A stretch of 64,000 bases of DNA, from positions 227,103 to 291,102 of IMG/VR virus record IMGVR_UViG_3300018430_000021. One strand, given 5' to 3'. Positions 37,499 through 47,365 of the stretch are shown here, in pieces; within the stretch, counting starts at the first letter, position 1, and each line of letters starts with the position of its first letter. Under the pieces are notes generated by a model. The model saw only the letters and a list, made by a program, of their open reading frames with translations. It searched no databases and had not been told where the DNA came from. This stretch comes from a virus. Its lineage: Duplodnaviria > Caudoviricetes. The translations under genes were made by a program, and so were the position numbers.

Positions 37499-38221
37499 TT
37501 AAAGATGTTCTGCCTTGGAATCCAACTTCTTCTGGGCGTCGTCACAATATTCCTTGTCTGTCTTATAACAGATAAGACCGCGAGGCATACCCTGCGGGAA
37601 ATTCTTGGACATAAACTTCGCATCATACCAGAAATACAAGTAAGCTGGAACAAATCCCTTATCCGGATTTGCGATAACGCAGTCATAACGCTGTTCCTTG
37701 GTCAAAGGAGTACCAGTCTTATTCAAGACCTTACAAATATCGAAACCGGCATCGTCTTCAGCCTGACCGTGAAGGTAGACCATATCACCGAGTGCCTTAT
37801 ACTTCTTGTAAGCATCATTAAACAATTCATCCGGAAGAACAACCAACTGACCCATATTGAGACGTTCGATAACGTTACCAAGCAAGTCAAGTTCAAAAGT
37901 TTCACGCTTCTGAATATTTCCGAGATTGGCCTGAATGTCATAAATCTTCTTAATCATGTCGTCAACATTTGTTGCGCGAGCGAGCGCGGTCCAAGTATTG
38001 GCGTTGCGAAGAAGGAAATCATCATCACCGAGCTTTTCAACAGTAACAATCAATCCGAGCGGATTGGCCTTGCTCTTAATCTTGAATTCCGCACCGGAAT
38101 CAATATACTGGGCAAGACGTTTCTTCATATCAGCCATCTGAGCCGGCGATGCATCGCCATAGGCTTCGACGAGCTTAAAACCATATTCTTCTAATAAATC
38201 TTTAGCTTCGTTTAAATCCAT
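37499..38221 (-). CDS. late-expressed hypothetical protein with MDLNEAKDLLEEYGFKLVE N-terminus
   Basis: TATAAATA at 38243-38250; N-terminal motif shared with 237..626. Confidence 0.7.
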   Translation of the reverse strand: MDLNEAKDLLEEYGFKLVEAYGDASPAQMADMKKRLAQYIDSGAEFKIKSKANPLGLIVTVEKLGDDDFLLRNANTWTALARATNVDDMIKKIYDIQANLGNIQKRETFELDLLGNVIERLNMGQLVVLPDELFNDAYKKYKALGDMVYLHGQAEDDAGFDICKVLNKTGTPLTKEQRYDCVIANPDKGFVPAYLYFWYDAKFMSKNFPQGMPRGLICYKTDKEYCDDAQKKLDSKAEHL

Positions 38222-38259
38222 AATAAAAATCTCCGTTTTTATTATTTATAACGGAGACT

Positions 38260-38976
38260 TTATTCTTTCCACCAATTCAAGGACATTTCGGCCTGTCTTT
38301 CGAGCATATCCATACCGTCAATGGCCCAGGAACAATGTTTATTTTTTTCGGCCTTTTCAACAAGTCTTCTGTCGGCATAGTTCAGGTCATAATAGATAAA
38401 CTTGCTCTTATTATTGAAATTAATGTCTATTCCGGCTTCAAACGGAATAGTATTGACAATAAGGTCAAAATCCTTGGCCTTGAATTCATCCAGACTCTTT
38501 TCGTCGATACCTTTTGGATTTCTTGCGAAAACAGTCATTTCATGGTGTGAAGTCGCAAAATCAGTAGCATCATGAAGCGCGGTAAGAATAGACGGAACTA
38601 CGCCGCCGTTTCCGAGAATAGCCATCTTATGAGGATAATCGAATTCCCAATCGTCATGGTTGTCTACATAATGCTGTAAAGAAATTCGGAATGCTTCACC
38701 ATCAAAGTTTTCACCGATAAAAGTATCATTCAGAATCTTTACGCAATTTACAGACTTAATCCTATCCGCATCCGGCATAAGACAATCTAAATATTTAACA
38801 ATATCCAATTTAAACGGTTTTGTGACATTAAAACCGTCGAGCTTGTCGGCTATTGCAAGTTCAAGACCCTGTTCCACATTGTTGACATCATAAATCTTGT
38901 ATTCGATGCCCCACTGGTCAAAAAGCTCTTTTGACTTGCTATATCCGATATTTTTTCCAATTAAACCAAATTTCAT
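38260..38976 (-). CDS. aroE: shikimate dehydrogenase
   Basis: FGLIGxxIxYSKS, GFNVTxPFK, SVNC, NxDG, ILGNGG, NTIP, YDLNY, DGxDMLxxQA. Confidence 0.9.
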   Translation of the reverse strand: MKFGLIGKNIGYSKSKELFDQWGIEYKIYDVNNVEQGLELAIADKLDGFNVTKPFKLDIVKYLDCLMPDADRIKSVNCVKILNDTFIGENFDGEAFRISLQHYVDNHDDWEFDYPHKMAILGNGGVVPSILTALHDATDFATSHHEMTVFARNPKGIDEKSLDEFKAKDFDLIVNTIPFEAGIDINFNNKSKFIYYDLNYADRRLVEKAEKNKHCSWAIDGMDMLERQAEMSLNWWKE

Positions 38977-38977
38977 A

Positions 38978-39508
38978 TTATGCCAAAAGTACGAGTGAAG
39001 CCAGTTCACGACATTTCTGTGGAATATCCTTTCGCTTTACGAGCATTTCACAGACATTCTGGTACATTCTCTTAAGTGCGTTTTCCTTAGGCATATCCCA
39101 GGAATTATAAACCATGTCAGCCAGCTTGATAAGAAGTGCATCCTTGCTGAGATTACAGAGCTTTTCGGTCATATACTCAGTCTTGCCGACTTCTTCGATA
39201 ATATGCTTGTTATTAGTCAATTCCAATACAAGTTCTGCTACGTCTTCGCTTCCGGAAATAACGGCGATTTCTTCATAAGACGTATCGGTATCTTCCAAAA
39301 GGTCATGACCGAATGCGGCATTAATCTGGTTAATCGTTCCACCATATTTCTTAACAAGCCAAGCTACACCACGAGGATGTACGAAATACGGCATTCCGCT
39401 GCCCTTACGTTCCTGATGGGCATGTCGACCCTTTGCGAAGTAATACATCGCACGGCATTCTACAGGAAAATCCTGAGATTTAGATTTCTTAAACATTGCG
39501 CTAAACAT
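38978..39508 (-). CDS. HD-domain small alarmone ((p)ppGpp) hydrolase, Mesh1/SpoT-like
   Basis: HxxQxRKxSGxPYxxHP, HDLLEDT, LIKLADxxxN. Confidence 0.85.
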   Translation of the reverse strand: MFSAMFKKSKSQDFPVECRAMYYFAKGRHAHQERKGSGMPYFVHPRGVAWLVKKYGGTINQINAAFGHDLLEDTDTSYEEIAVISGSEDVAELVLELTNNKHIIEEVGKTEYMTEKLCNLSKDALLIKLADMVYNSWDMPKENALKRMYQNVCEMLVKRKDIPQKCRELASLVLLA

Positions 39509-40260
39509 TATTCCTCCTCGGTTTCATGTTTCTTTACGGCAACACCAATATTAATAAATTTCTGTCCAATCGCATCTACAGCTTTTTCCCACTTTGCTTC
39601 TCGTTCAATACAGAAAAGTGCATAGTTACGTGTTTCTGCGTTTTCACGTAATTCTGTAGCAAGCTTAAGTGCACCTCTGGCCATCTGTAAACGAGTAGCC
39701 CACAAATCACGTTCAGCAAGAAGTTGACAATGATTTACAGACCAATAATCGGGAAGCACGCCTTCATCATATTGGGTTTCATATTCTCGAATCATAAAAT
39801 CTCCTTAAGCTATATAAAACAATATAAAAAAGAGTTGACGTTCTGTCAACCCCTTTTAATTAACCGGCAATCCAACCATACACTAGTATGATTACTACCG
39901 CGGCAATAAGCATAACCCACATTCCATGAGTAAACCCGCGGACATAGGCACTGATTTCTTTACTCTTCTCGTCTAACACTTTCACCTGCCGTAATCGGAG
40001 TAATTGTATACTTTTCGTTTTCGTCACGCCAGCGTTTCTTTAAACGCTTGAGATTGGTATCTTCTTCCTTTCGAATACCGGAAACCGTGTTTCCATTGGT
40101 AAACCAAACCAGATAATAATAAACCTTTTCGAATTTACGCTTAGGTTTCTTCTTAGGCTCGGAAAGACCCATAGATTCAGAAAGAGCGTTAGCCGCTTCT
40201 TCCAATACGCTCAACGGGCGTTTTACTTGATAACTTGCCATTTATTTTTCCTTTTATTTA

Positions 40261-40381
40261 AGACGGTACTGCGGTATCGAACCGCCAGGCAAACCACGCC
40301 AACGCCGGGTCGAACGGCTATCATTCCATGACTCAATCGGACTCGAACCGAATTTCAGCACCCTTTACTAAGCTACCGTCT
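40261..40381 (-). ncRNA. unknown ~120-nt RNA with three T-loop hairpins
   Basis: Terminal stem AGACGGTA/TACCGTCT encloses TCGG-TTCGAGT-CCGA, GCCG-TTCGACC-CGGC and GCGG-TTCGATA-CCGC; own promoter at 40389-40420. Confidence 0.75.
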
Positions 40382-43300
40382 AATACCTAATATAGAAAAA
40401 GAGTTGACTCTCGTCAACCCTTTTTATTACTTCAATATCGTATCGAACTGCGATGAAAGTTCCTTGCTTGACTTTTCCTTGACAGGATCCGGGAAAAGAC
40501 AATTAGAAATGCCGTCGATAATAATATTACATATACCAACAATAATCATAATTGGTAAAGCAACAACCATAATACCGCAAGACATCAAGTTAATAAACAA
40601 CAATATTGAAACCTTGAAAATATATCGTTTTTCTTCAGGAGACAGACTATCATATTTCGTTCTTTGAGAAAAGTTATACTTATTCTTGAATCCGAGACTG
40701 AGTAATGCCGTACTCCAGAATACAATATGTAAACTTGCCCATGGAATAGTAATATGATTAAAACCGTCAGACAATATCCAAATAAAACAAACAAGTACCC
40801 CTACAACTTCCGCAAGAACGAATAAAATATAAAGTCCTGCTGCAACTGTAAGATCAGATCCAGCATTACTCAAGCCGGAATCAAAGAAAAACTTCATTGT
40901 AAATTCTTGATACTTACGAAACATATTTACTCCTCGGGTTCAAGCGTACCACATGCATAACAACGTTCATGACAAACCGGACAGCTATAGGTATATTCAA
41001 ATTCATTCATACCTGTCTGAATATACTCACACTTATATTTCGGAACGTTAAATTCTGTTTCACATTTATTACATCGAAACTTAAGCTTTGTCGGCTGCTT
41101 GGTAATTTCAGCTTCGCCGACAACAGTTGTTGGTTTCTTTTCGACAGGTCCAAGACAGGTTATAGATTTGATGGCCACAAAATGCTTATACTTACTTTTT
41201 GCGAAATCAATAATTGCCTTGGTCAATGCATCGCCAAGCAGGCTTGATTCGAAAATTTCTTCAGCATAATTATCATCCCAGTCATCAAAACCCATATAAC
41301 CGTCATAGGTCTGATAATGAATGTTTATCTTATACCTTTGTTTCATATTACTTCTTCTTAGCCGCCTTCTTAGCTGCTTTCTTGGCTTCGCGTTCGGCCT
41401 GCTTTGCAGCCAACTTAGCTTCGCGTTCAGCTTCCTTCTTGGCCTTTTCGGCGAGCTTCGCTTCATACTTCTTGATAACCTGCAAACGGCCCTTGAGGGT
41501 AGAATGCTTACGCCTATCATCCATATCATACAGGTCACGCAATACGTCATGATAATCATCTGAATTATCCTGAGTATACTGTCTCAGTTCCAAGCCTGCA
41601 CGAAGAATATCAATAAACGCATTAAAATTCTTCGGGTCAAACTGCTCCATGATAAACTGCGTCTGCGGAGTAGTATAGAAATGCCTTGTATCTTCCTTGT
41701 TGGCACAGAAACGGTTAAAGCCGTAAGTGACTTCAAGCTTGTTCGCCTTCGCATGCTTCACGAAATGCCCAGGATTCGGACAGGACTTATACACATGCAA
41801 ATAAAACTGGTCTTCGCCTTTCTGGAGAATAATCGCATAGTCGTCACGAACCGGATTATAGTCGTTGCCGAGTCGCTTCATCGCTTCTTCACGAGATTCC
41901 TTCTTGCTTTCTTCAATAATTTCGAAACCGTATTCCTTAACGACATTTTTGATCGCATTGAATTCGTCTTCCGTAAAACGAATTTCGGTCGCATAGACCT
42001 TATTGTATGCACCGAAAACATCATAAATTTTCTGGTCACCGGTACCGTAAAGGTCCTGATAGAACGACTTTACCTTATCTTCGCGAAACATGGAAGGGTT
42101 AATCTTTACCGCTTCGTTAAGTTCGTTAAGACATTCCTTTGCGTAATCTTCTGTAATCAATGCGCCCATTATAAGCTCCTTTTTGTTTATAATATAGAAA
42201 ATGGATTGACTTTTGTCAACCCATAATGTTCCTATCTATTATAAGTGCTTTCCATTAAAAGATACATATTATAATTACCTATGTGCCATTTAATTTGTTT
42301 AATAATATTTTCTTCTGTGATTTTGACCTTATAACGACCTTTCGGATAATCATTAGTTAATTTCACGATTTCACCGGTTTTATCAAAATCGGCTGTCATA
42401 ATAGTTCCTAATAATATGGGTGTAAGGATAGAACACGAATCTTCATAATCCTCGAAATAACAACATGGATAAATACTACGACATATAGTTTTAAACGCTT
42501 CTCTATTCATTGATATAAAACCTATTAATTATGTGTAATCATTCATAACGCAGTTTGTATTATTATCCGGTGTATCAGTATCTAGCTTGTTACCGCCTTT
42601 AATACTACAACCACAACATCTTTGATAAACGGCGTTTTTAATAAGCGGCATATCTGCTTTCATCGGTACATAAAGACCATGTGCCTTATAGTTTTCTTTA
42701 CAGAATGTTTGTCTTTCCCACTTATGTAATATATCAAAATTATCGTAATTTTCAGAACTTTTGTCTCCCCAATGAGCACAAAATAGTTCAAGAGCGTCTC
42801 TTTCAGACGAGCAAATATAATGTTTAGGTGTAAAATCAAGACATTCGCTCACGCTAACGATATATTCTTTAGAATTAAATACATCAATAATATTTGTATG
42901 AATAAGCGGCGGTCCAATAAACGTATTAATAAGATACGGAAGATAAATCTCAAAATAAATTCGCGGACAATCGACAAACGGAACAGGATGTGACCTAAGA
43001 CCAATTCCTATATAGTCGTCACATACGTTTTCAAGATAAACACCGTCATTGTCATATCGGAATCCATTAAAATATCCAATATCCGGCGGATCGTTTACGA
43101 ATTTTCTACCAATACCTGCCCATCGGGTAGCGGTAGTTTCGATAACGTTCCTGACATATTTTTCGATAGCAATAGCCGACTGGCCTACCAGCTCTTCCGG
43201 AAATTTATTTTTACTCGGGTCTTTTAACCACAAGTAAGAATCAATAAAAAGCTTAAGAGCTTTAAACGGGTCGTTTTTATACTCAACCGTAAAATCTTCA

Positions 43301-43400
43301 AGCTTATCTATCTTCTTACACAAATGACGATTACGATTATATTTATTTTCCATTTGCATAATATAACAAAAGGGTAGACTTTCGTCAACCCTTTATTTAG

Positions 43401-43472
43401 TCCCAAGGCCGGAACTCGAATCCGAACAAACAGAATCACAATCTGCTGTGCTACCAATTACACCACCGCGGG
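43401..43472 (-). tRNA. tRNA-His(GTG) with A73
   Basis: Loop TTGTGAT; encoded -1/73 are T/A rather than G/C. Confidence 0.85.
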
Positions 43473-43487
43473 GATGAAAAATTTTAG

Positions 43488-43560
43488 AGCCCTATGCCGG
43501 GTTCGAACCGGCGCCACCTGCTTGGAAGGCAGAAATGCTAAGCCACTACACCAATAGGAC
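43488..43560 (-). tRNA. tRNA-Gly(TCC)
   Basis: Loop CTTCCAA, U73. Confidence 0.9.
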
Positions 43561-43569
43561 ATATTTTAG

Positions 43570-43643
43570 AGCCCTAGACGGAATTCGAATCCGTAAACCT
43601 TCTCCATGGCAAGGAGACATTCTACCAGTTGAACTACTAGGAC
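43570..43643 (-). tRNA. tRNA-Gly(GCC)
   Basis: Loop TTGCCAT, U73. Confidence 0.9.
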
Positions 43644-43650
43644 ATTTTAG

Positions 43651-43723
43651 AGCAATAGATGGGACTCGGACCCACAACCTATTCCATGGCAAGGAATCGC
43701 TCTACCAGTTGAGCTACTACTGC
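43651..43723 (-). tRNA. tRNA-Gly(GCC)
   Basis: Loop TTGCCAT, U73. Confidence 0.9.
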
Positions 43724-43867
43724 ATAAATGACAGCTTTACCAAAAAGGACTTTTCCGTTTTAACTGCCGAAGGTCTCTCAGTCATTTCTATGGCAGACTG
43801 ATTAGGGCCGCCGGTTTTCTTCTTCCCATCCCTCGTACGAAAGCCGGCAAACATCGGATGCATTTCG

Positions 43868-43940
43868 TGCCACTACCTGGACTCGAACCAGGACCCGCTG
43901 ATTAAGAGTCAGCTCGACTAGGCCATTATCATATAGAGGC
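43868..43940 (-). tRNA. tRNA-Lys(CTT)
   Basis: Loop CTCTTAA. Confidence 0.85.
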
Positions 43941-43952
43941 AAAAATTTTTAG

Positions 43953-44043
43953 TGGACTCGACGGGATTCGAACCCGTATGCGGTGGCTTCCTTGCGTACA
44001 GCCTCCTGGTAATCCGGTTATTCACTCTTTAGCCTACGTGCCC
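43953..44043 (-). ncRNA. tRNA-like RNA with Ala-type acceptor (G3:U70, A73) and no clear anticodon
   Basis: GGGCACG/CGAGTCC-A acceptor, normal T-arm, central arm capped by a GCAA tetraloop. Confidence 0.6.
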
Positions 44044-44053
44044 ATAATTTTCG

Positions 44054-44126
44054 TACCCCAGGAAGGACTCGAACCTTCAACCCACTGATTAAGAGTCAGC
44101 TGCGCTACCAATTGCGCCACTGAGGC
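44054..44126 (-). tRNA. tRNA-Lys(CTT)
   Basis: Loop CTCTTAA. Confidence 0.9.
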
Positions 44127-44253
44127 ATAAATGAAGGTTTTTGATTTTGTGCAGAAGCTACCTACAAACTCCAGGAACTCAATTATTTCAATTCGCCGAG
44201 CTGACGAATAACTACCCATGTTTTTGGTAGGTCAAAGTAGTCGCAGACCATAG

Positions 44254-44333
44254 TACATCAGACAGGGATCGAACCTGCATTTTCAGCTCCAGTTACGGTT
44301 ACAAGATTCGTAGTCTTGCTCGGCTACTGATGT
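44254..44333 (-). tRNA. D-armless tRNA-Arg(ACG)-like
   Basis: Perfect 7-bp acceptor, CAAGA-CTACGAA-TCTTG anticodon arm, T-arm; only 8 nt in place of the D-arm and a 23-nt variable region. Confidence 0.65.
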
Positions 44334-44341
44334 ATAATTCG

Positions 44342-44416
44342 CGGGATCGAAGGGACTTGAACCCTCAACTTTCAGATCGACAATCTGACGCTCTAACCAA
44401 ATTGAACTACGACCCC
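44342..44416 (-). tRNA. tRNA-Asp(GTC)
   Basis: Loop TTGTCGA, G73. Confidence 0.9.
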
Positions 44417-44419
44417 AAA

Positions 44420-45187
44420 TTATTCATATTTACCAATTAAATTTTTATTAGAACTAAAATGTCTTCTTTTTGTATTAGATTTAAAAATTGGTATATATTT
44501 TTTAAATCGCACATAAATTGCATTTTTTAAAACATGTAATTCATTTGCAAAATCTTCAAGTTTATAGTAATTTCCTGAATGATATTTGTCCCATAATTCC
44601 CTAGATAATTTCAAAGATTCATTATATCTTGTAATTGTAAATGTTGTTTTATGTTTTTTATGTTTTTTATGTTTTTTTACACCATATACAATTTTGTTTG
44701 ATTCACCATGAAAAAGGTTTCGACCTTCAATCCAGAAATCTTCTAATGGTTTTTCTTTAAACTTCTTAGATTCTCCAGTATTACGATTTGTATACCATTT
44801 AGTTCCAAACTGTGAATTTTTATTACCTTGTTGATTCTTACTTGTTATTTTACTTATCGTTTTTGCAAACTCCATGCGTAATGCTTCATATGCACGAGAA
44901 TTTATATAACGATGTTTTTCTTTAGTCGTTTGCCCTTGCATTCGCCAAAGTGCACATAACATTTTATTTCTTTCAATAGTTCCTTTATCATACATTTTAA
45001 CAAGTAACCAATGACAGATAAAATGTTCACGTGCAGTTAATCTAACAAGATTTTCATTATCGTTTGTACCTCCTAATGATTTTGGTTGAATATGATGTTT
45101 TTCATAATAACCTACATATCTGTTCCCATTTTCTGTTTCCCTTTTTGCTTTTTCAATTATCTTATAATATATAGCTTTATAATTCAT
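44420..45187 (-). CDS. free-standing HNH homing endonuclease inside the tRNA operon
   Basis: YEKHHIQPKSLGG..D..NLVRLTAREHFICHWLL; AT-rich. Confidence 0.85.
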   Translation of the reverse strand: MNYKAIYYKIIEKAKRETENGNRYVGYYEKHHIQPKSLGGTNDNENLVRLTAREHFICHWLLVKMYDKGTIERNKMLCALWRMQGQTTKEKHRYINSRAYEALRMEFAKTISKITSKNQQGNKNSQFGTKWYTNRNTGESKKFKEKPLEDFWIEGRNLFHGESNKIVYGVKKHKKHKKHKTTFTITRYNESLKLSRELWDKYHSGNYYKLEDFANELHVLKNAIYVRFKKYIPIFKSNTKRRHFSSNKNLIGKYE

Positions 45188-45245
45188 ATATTATATATAA
45201 TTTTTTCGTTTTCCGAACCTGTCAAATATAATTAGACAGACTTAG

Positions 45246-45316
45246 CGGTCTCAACGGGTCACGATCCCGTACCTCCAGCGTGACAAGCTGGTGTCCATCC
45301 ATTAAACGATGAGACC
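45246..45316 (-). tRNA. tRNA-Asp(GTC), atypical T-loop
   Basis: Loop TTGTCAC, G73; T-loop ATCGTGA. Confidence 0.8.
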
Positions 45317-45352
45317 AAAATAAAAAAGATTCCTGTGAGCGACACAGGAATC
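45317..45352 (-). terminator. attenuator terminator of the Asp/Arg/Lys/Gly/His tRNA operon
   Basis: GATTCCTGTG-TCGCT-CACAGGAATC followed by TTTTTTATTTT. Confidence 0.85.
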
Positions 45353-45378
45353 AATCTAAAACTTTTTACAGTTAAAAA

Positions 45379-45480
45379 CTAGATGACCCTGTGCTTGTGT
45401 CGATCCTTATCATGCTTACCGAAACCTCGTCCGTCGCGGCGAGTCTTGCAATCATGAGTGTCAACTACAAACTTAGTCAT
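45379..45480 (-). CDS. leader peptide MTKFVVDTHDCKTRRDGRGFGKHDKDRHKHRVI
   Basis: RBS AAAGGA; 5 Asp, 4 His, 5 Lys (all AAG), 5 Arg (4 CGN), 3 Gly. Confidence 0.85.
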   Translation of the reverse strand: MTKFVVDTHDCKTRRDGRGFGKHDKDRHKHRVI

Positions 45481-45530
45481 TTCGTTTTTCCTTTCTATTA
45501 TATATAAAAATTTTTTTCCTGTTTTCGCAA

Positions 45531-45657
45531 AATAAACAGCGAGCAGTAACTTGTGGAAATAAGAGTTGGACTCGAACCAACGATCTTTGCATTGCTGCAA
45601 CGCTCTAACCAACTGAGCTATCTCATTGATTATAGGAACCGCTTGTGCTGTTCTATT
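45531..45657 (-). ncRNA. anticodon-less tRNA-like RNA closed by the GCA-N6-GUUCCUAU module
   Basis: D- and T-arms intact; anticodon arm is TTGCA-GCAA-TGCAA; outer stem carries the module. Confidence 0.7.
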
Positions 45658-46906
45658 GTGTTTTAACGTTGTTAAATATAGTAAAGTTTTTTCCTTTTGT
45701 AAACCCTATTTTTAAAAAATTTTTTAAGTTCTGTATTTCCTAAAGTTTATTTAATGCTATTTCAGTATCAAGTCCCATTACACGAAGCCTAATCTTGGCC
45801 GGATCTTTCAACTTCAGGATGTCTTCGATTATATCCAAACTTTTTGCTATGAAAATTGGCATACACCAGATTTGAGACTTCGATTTATAATCTTCATACA
45901 GAATTAACTGCCAGATAACGTTATCAGATGCCAATCCCGTTGCATAAATCCCATCGTTAATGTTTTTCGGATATAAGTATAAATCTCCAGACTCATTAAT
46001 GATTCTCTGGAGAACTTCCATCTTGGCGAACGCACGTTTTACATTGTTTTTTGTCATAGCACCTTGTCCAGCATAATTTCCAGTTTCATATTTTCATATT
46101 TGGCCTTGAGACGGTCAAACGTTTTGCACTTGTGAATTTCTGGAATTAACTTTAACAATAAGTTCTTTTCTTCACTGTATTTAATTACCAAATCATTTCC
46201 AAGTTCATATTTATTGGTTACATCTTGAAACCGGATATAATCAGAGTAAACATGCATTTCAATATTATTAAACTTACGGAATGTAGCATAGTTATGACGA
46301 TAGTCAAGGGCAAAATTTTCCTTGGCCAATAACTTATCTACTTTTTCTTGAAAACGTGATAACATATTTTATAAAATAGAAAAAAGGTTGACTTTCGTCA
46401 ACCCTTTAATATTTCCAGGAATTAAATTTAGATTTTCTCATTTTCTTTTTTAAGTGCATTTCCGAGTTTTTCGATGTCATTGACAAATAGCTGAACAATT
46501 TCATCTACAGTTCCAAGTGGAACCATGCCATTATCAGATTTCAACTTGAATAGCTTATCTTTCAGCTCATCTGACACAAATTCGGTCCAGACGTGTTTTG
46601 GAAAATTTCCAATATTTTCTTCATTAGTTATATCTTCCAATACTTTGTTCATTATTTAATCTCTTTTACTTGAACCGTGGCATCTATTTCACCAAGAAAT
46701 AACTCATTCATTGATGCACTATAATATGACTTACTTTTTACACAGTAAGACATCTTACTCTTTGCTGAGCGTAAATCAGCAAAATGTGTAGCTTGGCTTA
46801 AATCAGTTACCCAACTAACATAACCCTTTTTAGAACCCCAATAATAGACTATACCATCAACAGTTCTACAAAGAATCCATGTTTTTAATTTCGCATTGAA
46901 CATTAC

Positions 46907-47365
46907 TTACCATCCATTGGAATGCTTTATTTGCTCATAACGGTCCACAACAGCACTCGTCACTGCTCTTTGTGTACGTTCATTTATACCGGATAGAGTC
47001 TTCGGTTCGACAATACTGTATTCTCTTGTAGTGTCATTATACCTAAGATTGAGACCCTTGAAAGTCAGGAACCAAGTATCGTTCGTAACCTCAACGTCGG
47101 CCATAGCAACAAGATCCGGGTCGTTAGAGGCCTCACAGAAGTCGAGACGTAAAACCTTGACCTTAATCTGGTCACTCATAGTTGCCTCCAACTTAGCCTT
47201 TGCTTTCTCGCCTTCCAGAGACGTACTGGTCCAGCCACCTTTGTCGTTCAAGTACATGACATTGACACCGGCTGTTGTACTGTTTGCAATACATGCTTCA
47301 AGGTCCTTGTCACCGATATATTCTTTTAACTCTGTGAGTTCATCAATTATTTTACTTATTTTCAT
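46907..47365 (-). CDS. protein with C-terminal SpoVG-like domain
   Basis: LVAMADV...LTFKGL.L......I..P...I.......V..AVV..Y pattern. Confidence 0.4.
   Translation of the reverse strand: MKISKIIDELTELKEYIGDKDLEACIANSTTAGVNVMYLNDKGGWTSTSLEGEKAKAKLEATMSDQIKVKVLRLDFCEASNDPDLVAMADVEVTNDTWFLTFKGLNLRYNDTTREYSIVEPKTLSGINERTQRAVTSAVVDRYEQIKHSNGW

Noticed and set aside
40927-41559. 210-aa ORF as listed in the track
   Set aside because: The first ~70 codons overlap the end of 41348..42169 in another frame; the real start is likely MKQRY near 41346
43953-44043. tRNA-Cys(GCA) matching the single TGC in the leader
   Set aside because: GCA lies in a GCAA tetraloop rather than a 7-nt loop, and the acceptor end is Ala-like (A73, not U73)
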